Positions 44,401 through 55,829 of a stretch of DNA of 64,000 nucleotides are shown here, one piece after another. Both the position numbers and the translations under genes were made by a program. Source of the stretch: Felis catus (taxonomy: Eukaryota); NCBI RefSeq assembly GCF_018350175.1, contig NC_058377.1:109926001-109990000 (forward strand), read 5' to 3'. Every line of letters starts with the position of its first letter. Position 1 is the stretch's first letter. The notes under the pieces are model-generated. The model had not been told where the DNA came from. It did no database searches and saw only the letters and a program-made list of their open reading frames with translations.

Positions 44401-47400
44401 GAAGCCCAAATGCTGTGTATGTACGTATTCTGAGGGCCAGCCTCACGAGGTGGCGAGTGGGTTGGCCTCTCAGGAGCTCTGTCCCAGAGCTTGGAGTTGG
44501 ATTCTACCCGCACCTGGTCTCCCTCAGGGGCTTCAGTGTGACGTCCGGTGGGCAGAGCCGAATCTTCAAGCCCATCTCCATCCAGACCATGTGGTAAGGG
44601 TTAGGGCGGCCCCGGTCTCCGGCCGACCTCCTCTTCTCAGAGCCGGTTGGAGGGTCTGGGGAGGGGCGGCAGGGAGGAGAGTGTGACCCAGCCCGTCCTC
44701 TGTCCTAGGGCCACGCTCCAGGTGTTGCACCAGGCGTGTGAGGCGGCTCTTGGCAGCGGTCTTGTGCCAGGGGGTAGTGCCCTTACCTGGGCTGGATACT
44801 ACCAGGACAGACTGAGCTCTGACCAGAGCTGCCTCAACGAGTGGATGGCCATGGCCGACCTGGAATCCCTGCGGCCTCCCAGCACCGAGCCTGGCCGGTC
44901 AGTGCGGGCAGGGGAGGAGAGGGGAGGGTGCCATGGGGGAGCCGGGAAGGGGCTCTTGGACTGACGGGCCCGGCTCCCAGGCCCTCAGAGCAGGAGCGGA
45001 TGGAGCAGGCGATCCGGGCTGAGCTGTGGGAGGTGCTGGACACCAGCGACCTGGAGAGCGTCACTTCCAAAGAGGTGGGCCGGGGGGTTCCGTGTCTGGC
45101 TCAGTCGGTGCTGCATGCGACTCTTGACATCGGGGTCATGAGTTCAAGCCCCCACGTCGTGTGTAGGGCTTACTCAAAAAAAATAATAAAAGCTGGGCTG
45201 GTGCTGGGGAGGAGCAGGGGCCAGGAGAGAGCTGGGCCCCGGGCCGGGAGTGGGGGTGGGGGTGGGGGTGGGGAATCCTCCCACGGGGGCAGAGCTTTCC
45301 CCCAGTCCTGAGCCAGTCCCCCACGCCTGGCTTCAGCTCCTCTGTCTAGATGGACAGGTGCTGTCCTCTGAGGCCCCGGAGGGAAGGGCGGGGCATCAGG
45401 ACGCTTGCAAGGCACCCCCCCCCCCCCCCCCGCCCCCCAGCCTCTCCTCCCCTTTGGCTCCGCCTGCAGATCCGCCAGGCCCTGGAGTTGCGCCTGGGCC
45501 GGCCTCTCCAACAGTACCGCGACTTCATTGATAACCAGATGCTGCTGCTCATGGCCCAGCAGGACCGCGCCTCCCGCATCTTCCCCCACCTCTACCTGGT
45601 GAGCAGCAGGGTGAGGGCGGCGTGAGGGCGCCGCAGGTGGGGGAGACGGAGGGTGAAGCTTCTGTCCCTCCGCAGGGCTCAGAGTGGAATGCGGCAAACC
45701 TGGAGGAACTCCAGAGGAACAGGTAGGGCTCTGGGCCCTGAGGACCACCCACCCTGTGTCTTCCCCTTCCCCTGACCTCACCCCAAGGGGCAACCCGGCC
45801 AGAAACCCCCAGATCCCCCTGAGCAGCTGCTAGCTCTGCCTCCGACCCCCTCCCCCCGGCAGGGTCTTGGGGGCCTGCTGGCAGCTCCCCTGGCCCGCTT
45901 CCTCCCCACTCTGTAAAGCAAGCCCCATATGGAAGGCCGCAGTGACACAGAGAAGAGGGGCGGCAGTGGGGTGGGCGCCCCGGGGGCCTTTCCCAAGCGG
46001 AAAAGCCCCTCTCCACCTGACCACGTCTCACAGAGACAGGCAGGGGGGCTGGCTGCCTGCCCTCCTTGGTTCCTGCCATTTGTCCCCCACGGGCTCCCGG
46101 GAAGCCTACTGTGGCCCCCGTCACCGTCACCCAGCTGCTGCGGATCCACCCGGTCTCAGCTTAGATCAAAGCTGTCCTCCCACTGGCTTCTGAGACTAGT
46201 GGGCTTAGTGCTTCAGTCAGCCCAGCAGCTACCTGGACCAGAGGGGGAAACTCAAACCCCGGTGGGGCGGCATGATTCGCTCAGGGTCACGGCCATCTTC
46301 TCCTCCCCTCACGACTGCACCGTCCCCACCCGACTCTCAGAACCAAGGACTAAACAGAACCAGCAGGGTCGGCCGGGTCTGCTGGCCAATGGGCCTGGTG
46401 CCCCTGGCACCGTCAGCCGGGCCGCATACCCTCTGCTACAGGGTCAGCCACATCTTGAACGTGGCCCGCGAGATTGACAACTTCTACCCCGATCGCTTCG
46501 TCTACCACAACGTGCGCCTCTGGGATGAGGAGTCAGCCCAGCTGCTACCCCACTGGAAGGAGACACACGGCTTCGTGGAGGCCGCGAGGTGGGGCTCCGC
46601 CTGCCCCAGCTTCAAGCGGTCCCCTGGCCTCTTCCCTCCGGCTCAGGACCTCTCCCGGCCCTCAGGGTCTCGGCTCCCTCCTCTGCTCTGGGCGGATCAC
46701 TCCCTGTCCTTCTCCCACACCGCAGGGCCCCTCACAGCGATGGGGCGGGGAAGGGGGGTGCTGACCGTGTTCTGCCTCCACAGAGCACAGGGCACTCGGG
46801 TGCTAGTCCACTGCAAGATGGGCGTCAGCCGCTCGGCTGCCACGGTGATAGCTTATGCCATGAAGCAGTATGGCTGGAGTCTGGAGCAGGCTCTGCGCCA
46901 CGTGCAGGAGCTCCGGCCCATCGCCCGCCCCAACCCCGGCTTTCTGCGCCAGCTGCAGACCTACCAGGGCATCTTGACCGCCAGGTACAAGCCACAAGCC
47001 GGGGCCGGGGAGCAGGTGGGTGTGGCTGCTGGGTCACTCAAAGCTGACTGAGGCCCACCTCTTTCCAGCCGGCAGAGCCACATCTGGGAGCAGAAAGTGG
47101 GTGGGGCTTCCCCAGAGGAGCCCCTCGCCCCGGAGATGTCTACACCATTCCCGCCTCTTCCGCCGGAACCAGGGGGCAGTGGGGAGGCGAAGGCTATGGG
47201 TTTGGAGGAGAGCCGGTCAGCCCTGAAAGAGGAGCCTGGGCCACGGCCCCGTATCAACCTCCGAGGGGTCATGCGGTCCATCAGCCTCCTGGAGCCTTCC
47301 TCGGAGCTGGAAAGCATTTCAGGGGCCAGTGATCTGCCAGAGGTGAGGCTGGGGCTAGGGAAGGAGCCCAGACTGAGGCACATCAGGGGACAGAAGTAGG

Positions 47401-48673
47401 AGGGGCAGATGGCAGGAGGAAGGAGAGAGACCAGGACCGGGGCCCAACTTCCCATGGGGACCACTCCCCGGGCAGCTCACTTCTGTCCCCTCAAAGCAGC
47501 CAAGGAGACCTCGTGGGCGGTCGGCGAGCACTGCCCTCCGTGGGAGCTGCAGAGCAGCCACGGGGCCGGAGGCACCCGCGTGGGCTTCTCAGCCGAGCCA
47601 GCCCCGGGGTGAAGGCTGCAGACCACTCTCAGCCCGATGAAAGGACTTGCTTCCTGAGGGGCAGGGCTGCCCAGCCATGGCACGAGCATCCTCCCCAGGC
47701 CAAGAGCTGGACACCCAACTGCCAACCCCAGACGGGGTGGAGAAGATGCTCTGCGGCCCCTCCCAGATCTGAGGGGAACCCACCAGAGGCTGGGGTACAG
47801 AGGGGTCATGGCACTCACGTGACCATGGCAGCTGGGCAGTTGAGCATCCTCTGTGCTAAGTGCTGCAGGGCACAAGCAGAAGACCAGAGACTAGCCTTTG
47901 CCTTAGGAAGCCAGACCCACCACGGGACTGGAGGCCAAGATGGCTGACCTGAGGAGAGAGAGCTCCTTACAGAGGGCGGGAACCTTTGGGAGAGGCTTCC
48001 TGGAGGAGGTGGCACTGGGTATGGATGGCTGATGGGTGAGCGAGCGTGGGTGTTCCTAAAGGTAGTGTCTTCACTCGGTACCCGGAAGGTGTTTCACCTG
48101 CAGCTCTCAGGACTGCACAAAGGCGGGGGGCAAGAGGAGGAGGAGGGGGCCTCAAGGATATGGCAGGTGCAGGGGAGCTCAGGAGGGCTTCTGGGGCCAG
48201 AAGGAAGACCGGTGGGGGCCAAGGAGCAGGGCGGTGGGCCGGGGCTGCCATCTTCCCTCCTATGGAAATACGACCATGAGTAGCTCAGATTTTCTACGTC
48301 CACTTAACATTCCACACCTACCCCTTCCCAGGCTTTGTGCTCAATAACTCTGCCCTGGAAAGACTTCTCAGTGATTCTCCTTGCACTCTGACCCTTCTAG
48401 GTGTTTTCTTCAAACGAGTCTTCAGAAGAAGACCCTCCGGTGCCCTTCCCTCAGCTCTCAAAGGCCAAGGGAGGCGAGCCGGGTCCCAAGGGGCCTTGGC
48501 CTGCCCTGAAGTCCCACCAGTCTGTGGTTGCCCTCAACAGCGCCGCCCTGGTGGCCAGCCGGACCCGGGCCTTGCAGGAGCAGGCAGAGGCCGGCCGTTC
48601 CTCCACACCCAGGCTCCGGAAGGTGGTGAGGCAGGCCAGTGTGGATGGCAGTGGGGAGGAGGGCGAGGCTTGA
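41275..48673 (+). CDS. SSH3: Slingshot protein phosphatase 3 (dual-specificity, cofilin phosphatase family), ~648 aa
   Basis: Exons 41275-41340, 41852(or 41849)-41889, 42480-42711, 43905-44023, 44104-44175, 44528-44593, 44709-44897, 44981-45074, 45470-45598, 45676-45722, 46442-46588, 46784-46984, 47069-47342, 48401-48673 give 1947 nt in frame. The N-terminus is MALVTVSRSPP, the slingshot motif RRQSFAVLRG is present, and the catalytic loop VHCKMGVSRS is intact (46806 onward). Confidence 0.97.
43446..43674 (-). mobile_element. SINEC_Fc in SSH3 intron 3
   Basis: Near-consensus reverse copy; TSD ACGAAAAA(A)TCTT. Confidence 0.92.
45082..45191 (+). mobile_element. Short tRNA-derived Can-SINE in SSH3 intron 8
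   Basis: tggctcagtcgg...gagttcaagccccac...gtagggcttactc-A tail; the same short family occurs at 50698-50800, 61964-62070 and 62844-62958. Confidence 0.8.
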
Positions 48674-48983
48674 GCCCTCACACATGCTCGTGGCCCCCTA
48701 GACACAAATAGAGGCGCCTGAACACAGCTCCTGGGACGAGCGCCCTTCATTCCTGTCAGCTTGTCCACGTTCCTTTTAGCTCCTCCCCAGTGGCCCCGAG
48801 ATTCCATCACTACAGCCTCAGCTCCTATGGCCTTAAGTCTCAGACATGACATGTCCACCTTTCCAAGGGCTCAAGATCTTCTCTATAACGGGGATGTGAC
48901 AGAGAGACTGAAAGTGCCTTTGGGGGCCAGAGCACCTTGCTTCATTCCCAGCTGCTGCCTGAAACACTCACTTGCAGCCAGGG

Positions 48984-49350
48984 AATAAACCCAGTGCAGA
49001 AAGGCTCATGCTTCCTCCCTCACCCACTCCCATGTGCCTCACCCCTGCCCCTCTTCATTCCTGGGGCCCGCTAGGCCAGAGAACCAGTGGCCCTTAAAGG
49101 CCAAGAGTAACCTCAGTTCCCAGTTCTGGAGGCTCTGAGGAGCAGAGAGCGGTCCCGCCGATGGGGCCTTCCTCCCGCACTCCACAACCAGCCCGTCTTC
49201 TGCTGTTGTCCCCCGCCCCACGCCACTCCCCGACAGCAGTGCGCTGGGTCACAGGGCACCAGGCCAAAGAAAGTCTTCTTCTTGTCCTTCACGGCCTCTG
49301 GCCAGTTTTTCACAGTCTTAATAGTATCTGGCTTTGTACTTAGAAATAAA
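48984..49350 (+). terminator. SSH3 tandem polyadenylation signals
   Basis: AATAAA at 48984-48989 and 49345-49350; the distal one is followed by U-rich sequence (ttttcatattattttcacttttt). Confidence 0.7.
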
Positions 49351-51032
49351 AAAAAACCATTTTCATATTATTTTCACTTTTATGATAAAGCTGTGTGCCT
49401 GTGAGTCTGATTCTTCTCTGGTTACACACGGAGTTTGGCCTCGCTTAGCCCTTCCGGCCTCCTCATAGCAACCACCAGGTGTCTTTAGGCAGGCCCCGTT
49501 TTGAGGACTGGCGGGGTGGGAGGGTAGTGGTGGGGTGGGGCCGGAAGAGGAATGGGGAAGAGAAGAGGGGAGACCGGTGTTATCTCCCTCACTTCCTAGG
49601 GCAGGGCCTGGGTAAATGTTAGCTGCCCCTGCGCCCGTCAGGCAGGTTGGGGTGGGGGACAAGTCTACGCCGGGCAGCAGGTGCTCGGCTCTGTTGGGAC
49701 AGCTGAAGCGAGTTACCCATGAGGAAGTGGAGGCTGCCGACGCCTATCTGGACAGGACCAAGCCTGTTCCGGAAGCTAAGGCTCTGTTTGGACACTTGAT
49801 GATTGTTCTCGAGCACGCTGTGGGCCCCAAGAATCTTCCTCTTGCTACAACGCAAGACAGCCTGATCTTCCAAGCCAGTCCCTCCCTGTCAAGGAAGAAG
49901 GACCCTCGATGGGCCCTCCCCTTCTGCATCCAGGTTCCTTTTGCTCTTTACTGTTCAAACAGAGTAAGTTATTCCATCTTTGTCACTTCTGTCTTCTCTT
50001 CCCAAGATCATATCCTCTGCCCCATAAACACACTACTTCGGTTGGGGGTAGTGGTGGATATGCAACTCCTTCCTTCAAAGCAGACTCAGAGGTAGGAGCT
50101 GGCACCACTTGAGAACTCATGCCCCATTGTAAGGGCATTTCTCACCTAGACCCCAGTGGGACCTCAGCACTACTCTACTCCTAGAGTACCAAGGGACAAG
50201 AAACTTGGGATCTAGCCCTGGCTTTGCCACTTATAACTCACCTCCCTTCAAGTCTCTGTTTCTTTCTGTAAAACAAATCGATTAGACTAGGAAATCCCTA
50301 AGTGCCCCCTTCCCACTTTGGTGTGTTAATGATACATGTCACCTACACATTGACAGAATTCACCCCCAACATGCTCTCTAGAAGAATCATGTGTACCTGT
50401 GTGTAGGTGACATGCCTAGGGGCCCAGGTGGGGTCCAGAGAGGCTCGCCTGATTCTTGATCCACCTCGCTGGTCCACCCTTCTGAGCAAACAGTGGGGCT
50501 GCCTGTCATCCTCCGGCCAACCATGCGTCTCACCCAGGCTGCCCTTTCAGCAGTCCTAAGCCAGGGTTAGGGGCAGGTAGGGTGACAATGTCAGGAAGGA
50601 AGCCAAGGCCAGGCCCTGCCTTCCTACAGCCTCTGCGGCTGGGAATGGAGAGTCCTATCACGAACTCAGAGCTAGGGGCTGACCAGAATCTATGGACAGG
50701 AACAACTGGCTGGCTCTCAGTTGGTAGAGCAACTGATAATCTTGATCTCAGGGTCGTGAGTTCGAGCCCCACATTGGGTGTAGAGATTACTTTAAAAGAA
50801 TGCAAATGATTTAACACACATACACACACACACACCTCACACAAATTGCTAAAGGGGCAAAAAAAAGTTAAAAAAAAAAAAAGATATGCAATGAAAAGTA
50901 TGTGTCCTTTAGATCTTATTTTCCAATCCTTCACAGGCAGCATTGTTTCAGCTTCTTCTGAGTCCCTCCAAAGACGTTCCATGCTTATGTCATCAAATAT
51001 ATTTATGTATTGTTTTAAAAACATAAATTATA

Positions 51033-51239
51033 GGGGCGCCTGGGTGGCTCAGTCGGTTAAGCGTCCAACTTCGGCTCAGGTCATGATCTCACACTCCGTG
51101 AGTTCGAGCCCCGCGTCGGGCTCTGTGCTGACAGCTCCGAGCCTGGAGCCTGTTTCGGATTCTGTGTCTCCCTCTCTCTGCCCCTCCCCCGTTCATGCTC
51201 TGTCTCTCTCTGTCTCAAAAATAAATAAACGTTAAAAAA

Positions 51240-51278
<39 letters not shown>

Positions 51279-51505
51279 AAATAAAAACATAAATTATAGG
51301 GGCACCTGGGTGGCTCAGTTGGTTAAGCGTGACTGGTGGTTTCCACTCAGGTCTCCGGGTTTCGTGAGTTTGAGCCCCGCATCGGGTTCTGCACTGGAAG
51401 TGGTGCGGAGTCTGCTTGGGATTCTCTCGGTCTCCCTCTCTGTCTCTGCTCCTCCCCCACTTGTGCTCTGTCTCTTCCAAAATAAACAAATAAACGTTAA
51501 AAAAA
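51033..51505 (+). mobile_element. Two tandem Can-SINEs (51033-51281, 51299-51505)
   Basis: AAAAACATAAATTA(T/C)AG occurs three times: before, between and after the two elements. Confidence 0.92.
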
Positions 51506-51767
51506 AACATAAATTACAGCATATTAACATTGACACTTTGACATTTTTTTCATAGAACGAAGAGTGGCACATCAGTTCAGAAAGCTCTGCCTAATTCCTA
51601 AAACAGACACATTCTATTCTATGGACTCCATTTATTTAAGTGCTCATCTACTAAAGAACATTCAGGTTGCTTATGGATATATATTTTTTTCATTCCAAGT
51701 AATGCTTAAGTACTCTTGCATATACTTTCTGGTGCACACAGGGCCACTAAACCTGTAGGACATATTT

Positions 51768-51967
51768 CTTTTTCTTTTTTTTTTTAATGTTTTTATTTAT
51801 TTTTGAGACACAGAGAGACAGAGCATGAGTAGGGGAGGGGCAGAGAGAGGGAGACAGAATCTGAAGCAGGCTCCAGACTCTGAGCTGTCAGCACAGAGCC
51901 CGACGCGACGCGGGGCTTGAACTCTAGGACTGTGGGGACGCTTAACCGACTGAGCCACCCAGGCGCC
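51768..51967 (-). mobile_element. SINEC_Fc with internal deletion
   Basis: TSD AGGACATATTTCT; embedded in antisense L1-like sequence (~50900-52090). Confidence 0.88.
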
Positions 51968-52269
51968 TACTGGAGGACATATTTCTAGAATTGCTGAAGC
52001 AAAGGCTATATGCATTTAATCTGGAAGGCATTGCCTAATTTCCCTCCACGAAGTTGCACCAATGTACAGCAAACAGGAATGTCTGTGCGTGTCCTTAAAG
52101 GACTGTCCAGCCTACACCACAACAACGTCATCTCCAGCGAATCTTAACAACACTCCCAGAGGAGAAAAAGCACGCATTATAATTACCACGTTTTGGAAAC
52201 AGGAAACTGAGGCCCAGAGAAGTAACTGAGTGATAGGGCCTGAAATCGATCCTAAGTTTCTAGATCTCA

Positions 52270-53350
52270 GCCCGGAGGCCGAACTCGGAGGGACAGGGCG
52301 GCGTCCAACTCGCACTGCTTTTTCACCAGTTCTGCTCAAGGCCGTCGCTCGCAAATCCCACGTCGACTCCCACCCGCAGCCGGAGCCTCTCGGGAGCCGG
52401 GCCGGTCGCCCAGCCCGGACGCGAACCCTTGCCCGAAGCTCGCCTCCCTCGGACAGCAGGTGCCTCCCAGCAACCCCCTTCCCAGAGTTCTCCCTCCACC
52501 CGGCCCCGGTCGGCCGGGACCAGGGAGGCCCCTCGTCAGGACCACATTTCAAACGGCACAACTGAACGCGGCGAAGAGAGCGCGTCCCGGCCTCCTCCCC
52601 CTACACCCTAGACACCTCAGAGCCGCGGCTGCCAGGAGTAACTACCTTTCAGGCCTCCGCGGCCTCTCCTACGCCGGCAGCGCTCGGCCTGGGCGTAGTG
52701 GGGGAAACGACCCCGGCGGCGCGGAACCCACCGCGCTGCTCGGGCGCCATCTCGCGTCCGTGCCTTTGGCCGCCGGGTGGCAGCCCGGAAACTACGATTC
52801 CCACCGTGCCTAGCGCGTCCGCGCAGGCGCGAAGAGCCTCTCTCGTTTCCATGGGAACCTCGCCCTCTAGGGTCCCAGGTGCTTGACTTCTGCGGGGCGC
52901 CTGGCTGTTGTTCCCCCTCGGGTGCCCTCGCGCTAGGCTGGGTCTGCGGACAGCCGAGGGGGCAGAATAGGGGGCTCGAGGGGAGGAGGCCAGGCGGCTC
53001 TGCCTCCCGGGACCAGCGCTGCCAAGTTCTCGGCGTCCGGCGGTCCGCGCGCTTCCTGGGCCTCGGAGTTTGAGGCGGAGGGGCCCGGGGAGGCCCGGGT
53101 TGGCGAGGCCAGCGTCCGTCCGGCTCTGACCCGCGCAGCCCGCCTCGCTCCGCGCCAGCGCCCTGTCCCCGGCCGCAAGCCTGCGCGCCGCAGACAGGTA
53201 CTGCCGGGGCGCGGGTCGGGCGCGGCCGCCCGCGGGATGGGTGGCGCCGCAGGTGAGCGTGGAGGGGCGCCGGCCGGGCAAGGCAGGGAGCGCCCCCGGG
53301 GCTGAGTCCGGCTCTGCCTCTCATGGGTCCGGGACCCGGGGCTCACCAAA
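52270..53350. promoter_or_regulatory. Orphan, probably bidirectional CpG-island promoter
   Basis: CpG-dense. Motifs: YY1-like CGCCATCT (52745), CTCF-like (52767-52784), CCGGAA (52785) and ZNF143/THAP11 SBS-like ACTACGATTCCCACCGTGC (52791-52809). Donors on + (53198, 53253) and on - (52645). Confidence 0.75.
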
Positions 53351-53867
53351 CGTGGCTTCAGCTCCTCCTCCGTCAAGTGGAGCTTGGGCTGGAATTCTAG
53401 GGCACCTTGCGATCTCTTTGCAGAGCAGCCTCTGGCTCCGTGCCACGGGGGCGGGGGGGGGGGTGGTGTGGGGGGACAAGTCCCTTCATCTCTCTGAGCC
53501 CGTTTTCCTCTATTGCAAAGTGACGAGGTTGAAGCAGATGATCTTTATGGCCTCTTCTAGAGAATATGGGATCATTACCCCCACAGTGCGCCCCGCGTGC
53601 CAGACACGGGGAGCTGGATGGTTTTGAGCGACAATCTCAGCTCAGGATCTGGAGTCAGAGAAACTCGGGTGTGTGGTTTTGGACAAAGTTATCACATCTC
53701 TTGAGCCGCGGTTTCATCAGTTGCAAAACCAGGGGTAATCATACCGTCACCTCAAGTGTTTGAAGGTTCAATGAGATAATGCACGTAAGTTTTTAGCCCT
53801 AGGCCTGCACCTAGTAAGCGTTGTCCCAAGTCCCAGCCATCATTTCCGATACTTTAAAGAACATTCC

Positions 53868-54041
53868 GGGGCGCCTGGCTGGCTCAGTCGGTTGAGCGTC
53901 CGACTTCGGCTCAGGTCATGACCTCTCGGTCTGTGAGTTTGAGCCCCCCTCCCCTCGTCGGGCTCTGTGCTGACAGCTCAGAGCCTGGAGCCTGCTTCAG
54001 ATTCTGCGTCTCCCTCTCTCTCTGCCCATCCCCTGCTCATG

Positions 54042-54084
<43 letters not shown>

Positions 54085-54122
54085 AAGAATAAATAAACAT
54101 TAAAAAAAAAGAAGAAGAAGAA
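53868..54122 (+). mobile_element. SINEC_Fc
   Basis: TSD AAAGAA(C/G)ATTCC. Confidence 0.9.
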
Positions 54123-54411
54123 AAAGAAGATTCCTTAGCTACCGTGAGACCTTTACCTAATTTTTGGAGTCATTTTTCTTGATGGGTAAATCCATTCTCC
54201 TAGGCAGGATGGTTTCATAGGCTGATTCCAATGGGGAAGCCTGAGTCTTCTTACCCAAGGCTGGATGCTCTCAACCTGTGTATCTCCTTCCTTCAGGAAT
54301 AGTCTGAGTTATATCATTACCACTTGGTAGGGAGGGAGCGTGCAAAGCCCAACACCACGCAGTATTGAAAATACTTTTTCTTCCTTATAATTCATAGAAG
54401 ATGTGAGCACC

Positions 54412-54624
54412 AGGGTGCCTGGGTGGCTCAGTCAGCTAAGCATCTGACCTCGGCTCAGATCATGAGCTGGCAGTGGTTCATGGGTTCGAGCCCCACGAAG
54501 GGCTCTGTGCTGACACCTCGGAGCCTGGAGCCTGCTTCGGATTCTGGGTCTGCTTCTCTCTCTGCCTCTACCCCGCTCATGCTCTGTCTCCCTCAAAAAT
54601 AAATAAACATTACCAAAAAAAAGC
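54412..54624 (+). mobile_element. SINEC_Fc
   Basis: TSD AAGATGTGAGCAC (54398-54410; 54625-54637). Confidence 0.9.
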
Positions 54625-55017
54625 AAGATGTGAGCACTTACATGCTATGATGCAGAAACCGCAGAATATTGAATTATAATATTTATATAACATTTACCTA
54701 AGACCAGATGAATACACACACAATTACAAGGAATACGTAAGAATCGTATACTACTTGCATTGAGTTCTAACTTTGTATTCATTGGGAAAATCCCAACAAG
54801 GAATTTTAAGTTAGTGATAAAATGTATTATTTATTAAATCTGGGAACTCCCAGTGGCTTCACAAACAAGTTTCCGTTCATCCAAAGAGCATCTGTATGAG
54901 GAAGCCACATTGTACGAATAGTTTTTGACCACGTATTATGTACCTGGCATTGTGTGGCGTGGTCTGAAGGATCCAGAGATGTGTGAGATGATCTTTGCCC
55001 TCAAGAAAACAGAGTCT

Positions 55018-55251
55018 GGGGGCGCCTGGGTGGCGCAGTCGGTTAAGTGTCCGACTTCAGCCAGGTCATGATCTCGCGGTCCGTGATTTCGAGCCCCGCG
55101 TCGGGCTCTGGGCTGATGGCTCAGAGCCTGGAGCCTGTTTCTGATTCTGTGTCTCCCTCTCTCTCTGCCCCTCCCCCGTTCATGCTCTGTCTCTCTCTGT
55201 CTCAAAAATAAATAACAAACGTTGAAAAAAAAAAAAAAAAAAAAAAAAAAA
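55018..55251 (+). mobile_element. Young SINEC_Fc with A27 tail
   Basis: Perfect 16-bp TSD AAGAAAACAGAGTCTG and an uninterrupted poly-A at 55225-55251. Confidence 0.95.
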
Positions 55252-55829
55252 GAAAACAGAGTCTGTAGAGGAGATCGACTATGCATACCAAACACGTAAT
55301 ACAAGAGGAACATGACACATCATGAGAGAGATACAGGTGTCTACTGTGAACATTCAGAGGCCGGAGACACCACTGCTAAGTGGCTGTGTCAGGAGAGCAG
55401 CAAGAAGCAGACAGCACTTCAGCGGGGCCTTGAGGGATGTAGACGACGTGGATGTGCCAGGGAGTGGGGAAGAGATACTGTGGGCACTCCCCACCCCCAG
55501 TAGCCCCGAGAATGGGGGAGAAATGTCTGGAGCCCCATCTAGATGTGAACTCTTGAGAGCAGGGACTGGATTTTGGTCAGTGTTCTACTCCCAGCACAGC
55601 ACACACGTGTAGGAAATATTAGTGGAGGAACAGGGGCTCTGAGTCTTGGCGAGACAAGGTATTATCCTGAGACCCTTGTGTTAAGCTTACACGCTGTCTT
55701 ACAGACACCCCGGGAAGGGAAGAATGTGGTCGGCAGGCGTTTGGGGGGCCATATCATTGGCATGTCTAGTACAGTGACTAGGAGTCAAGTGAATAGGGTC
55801 TGGTGGACGGGTAGGAGGGTTCGTGAGCC

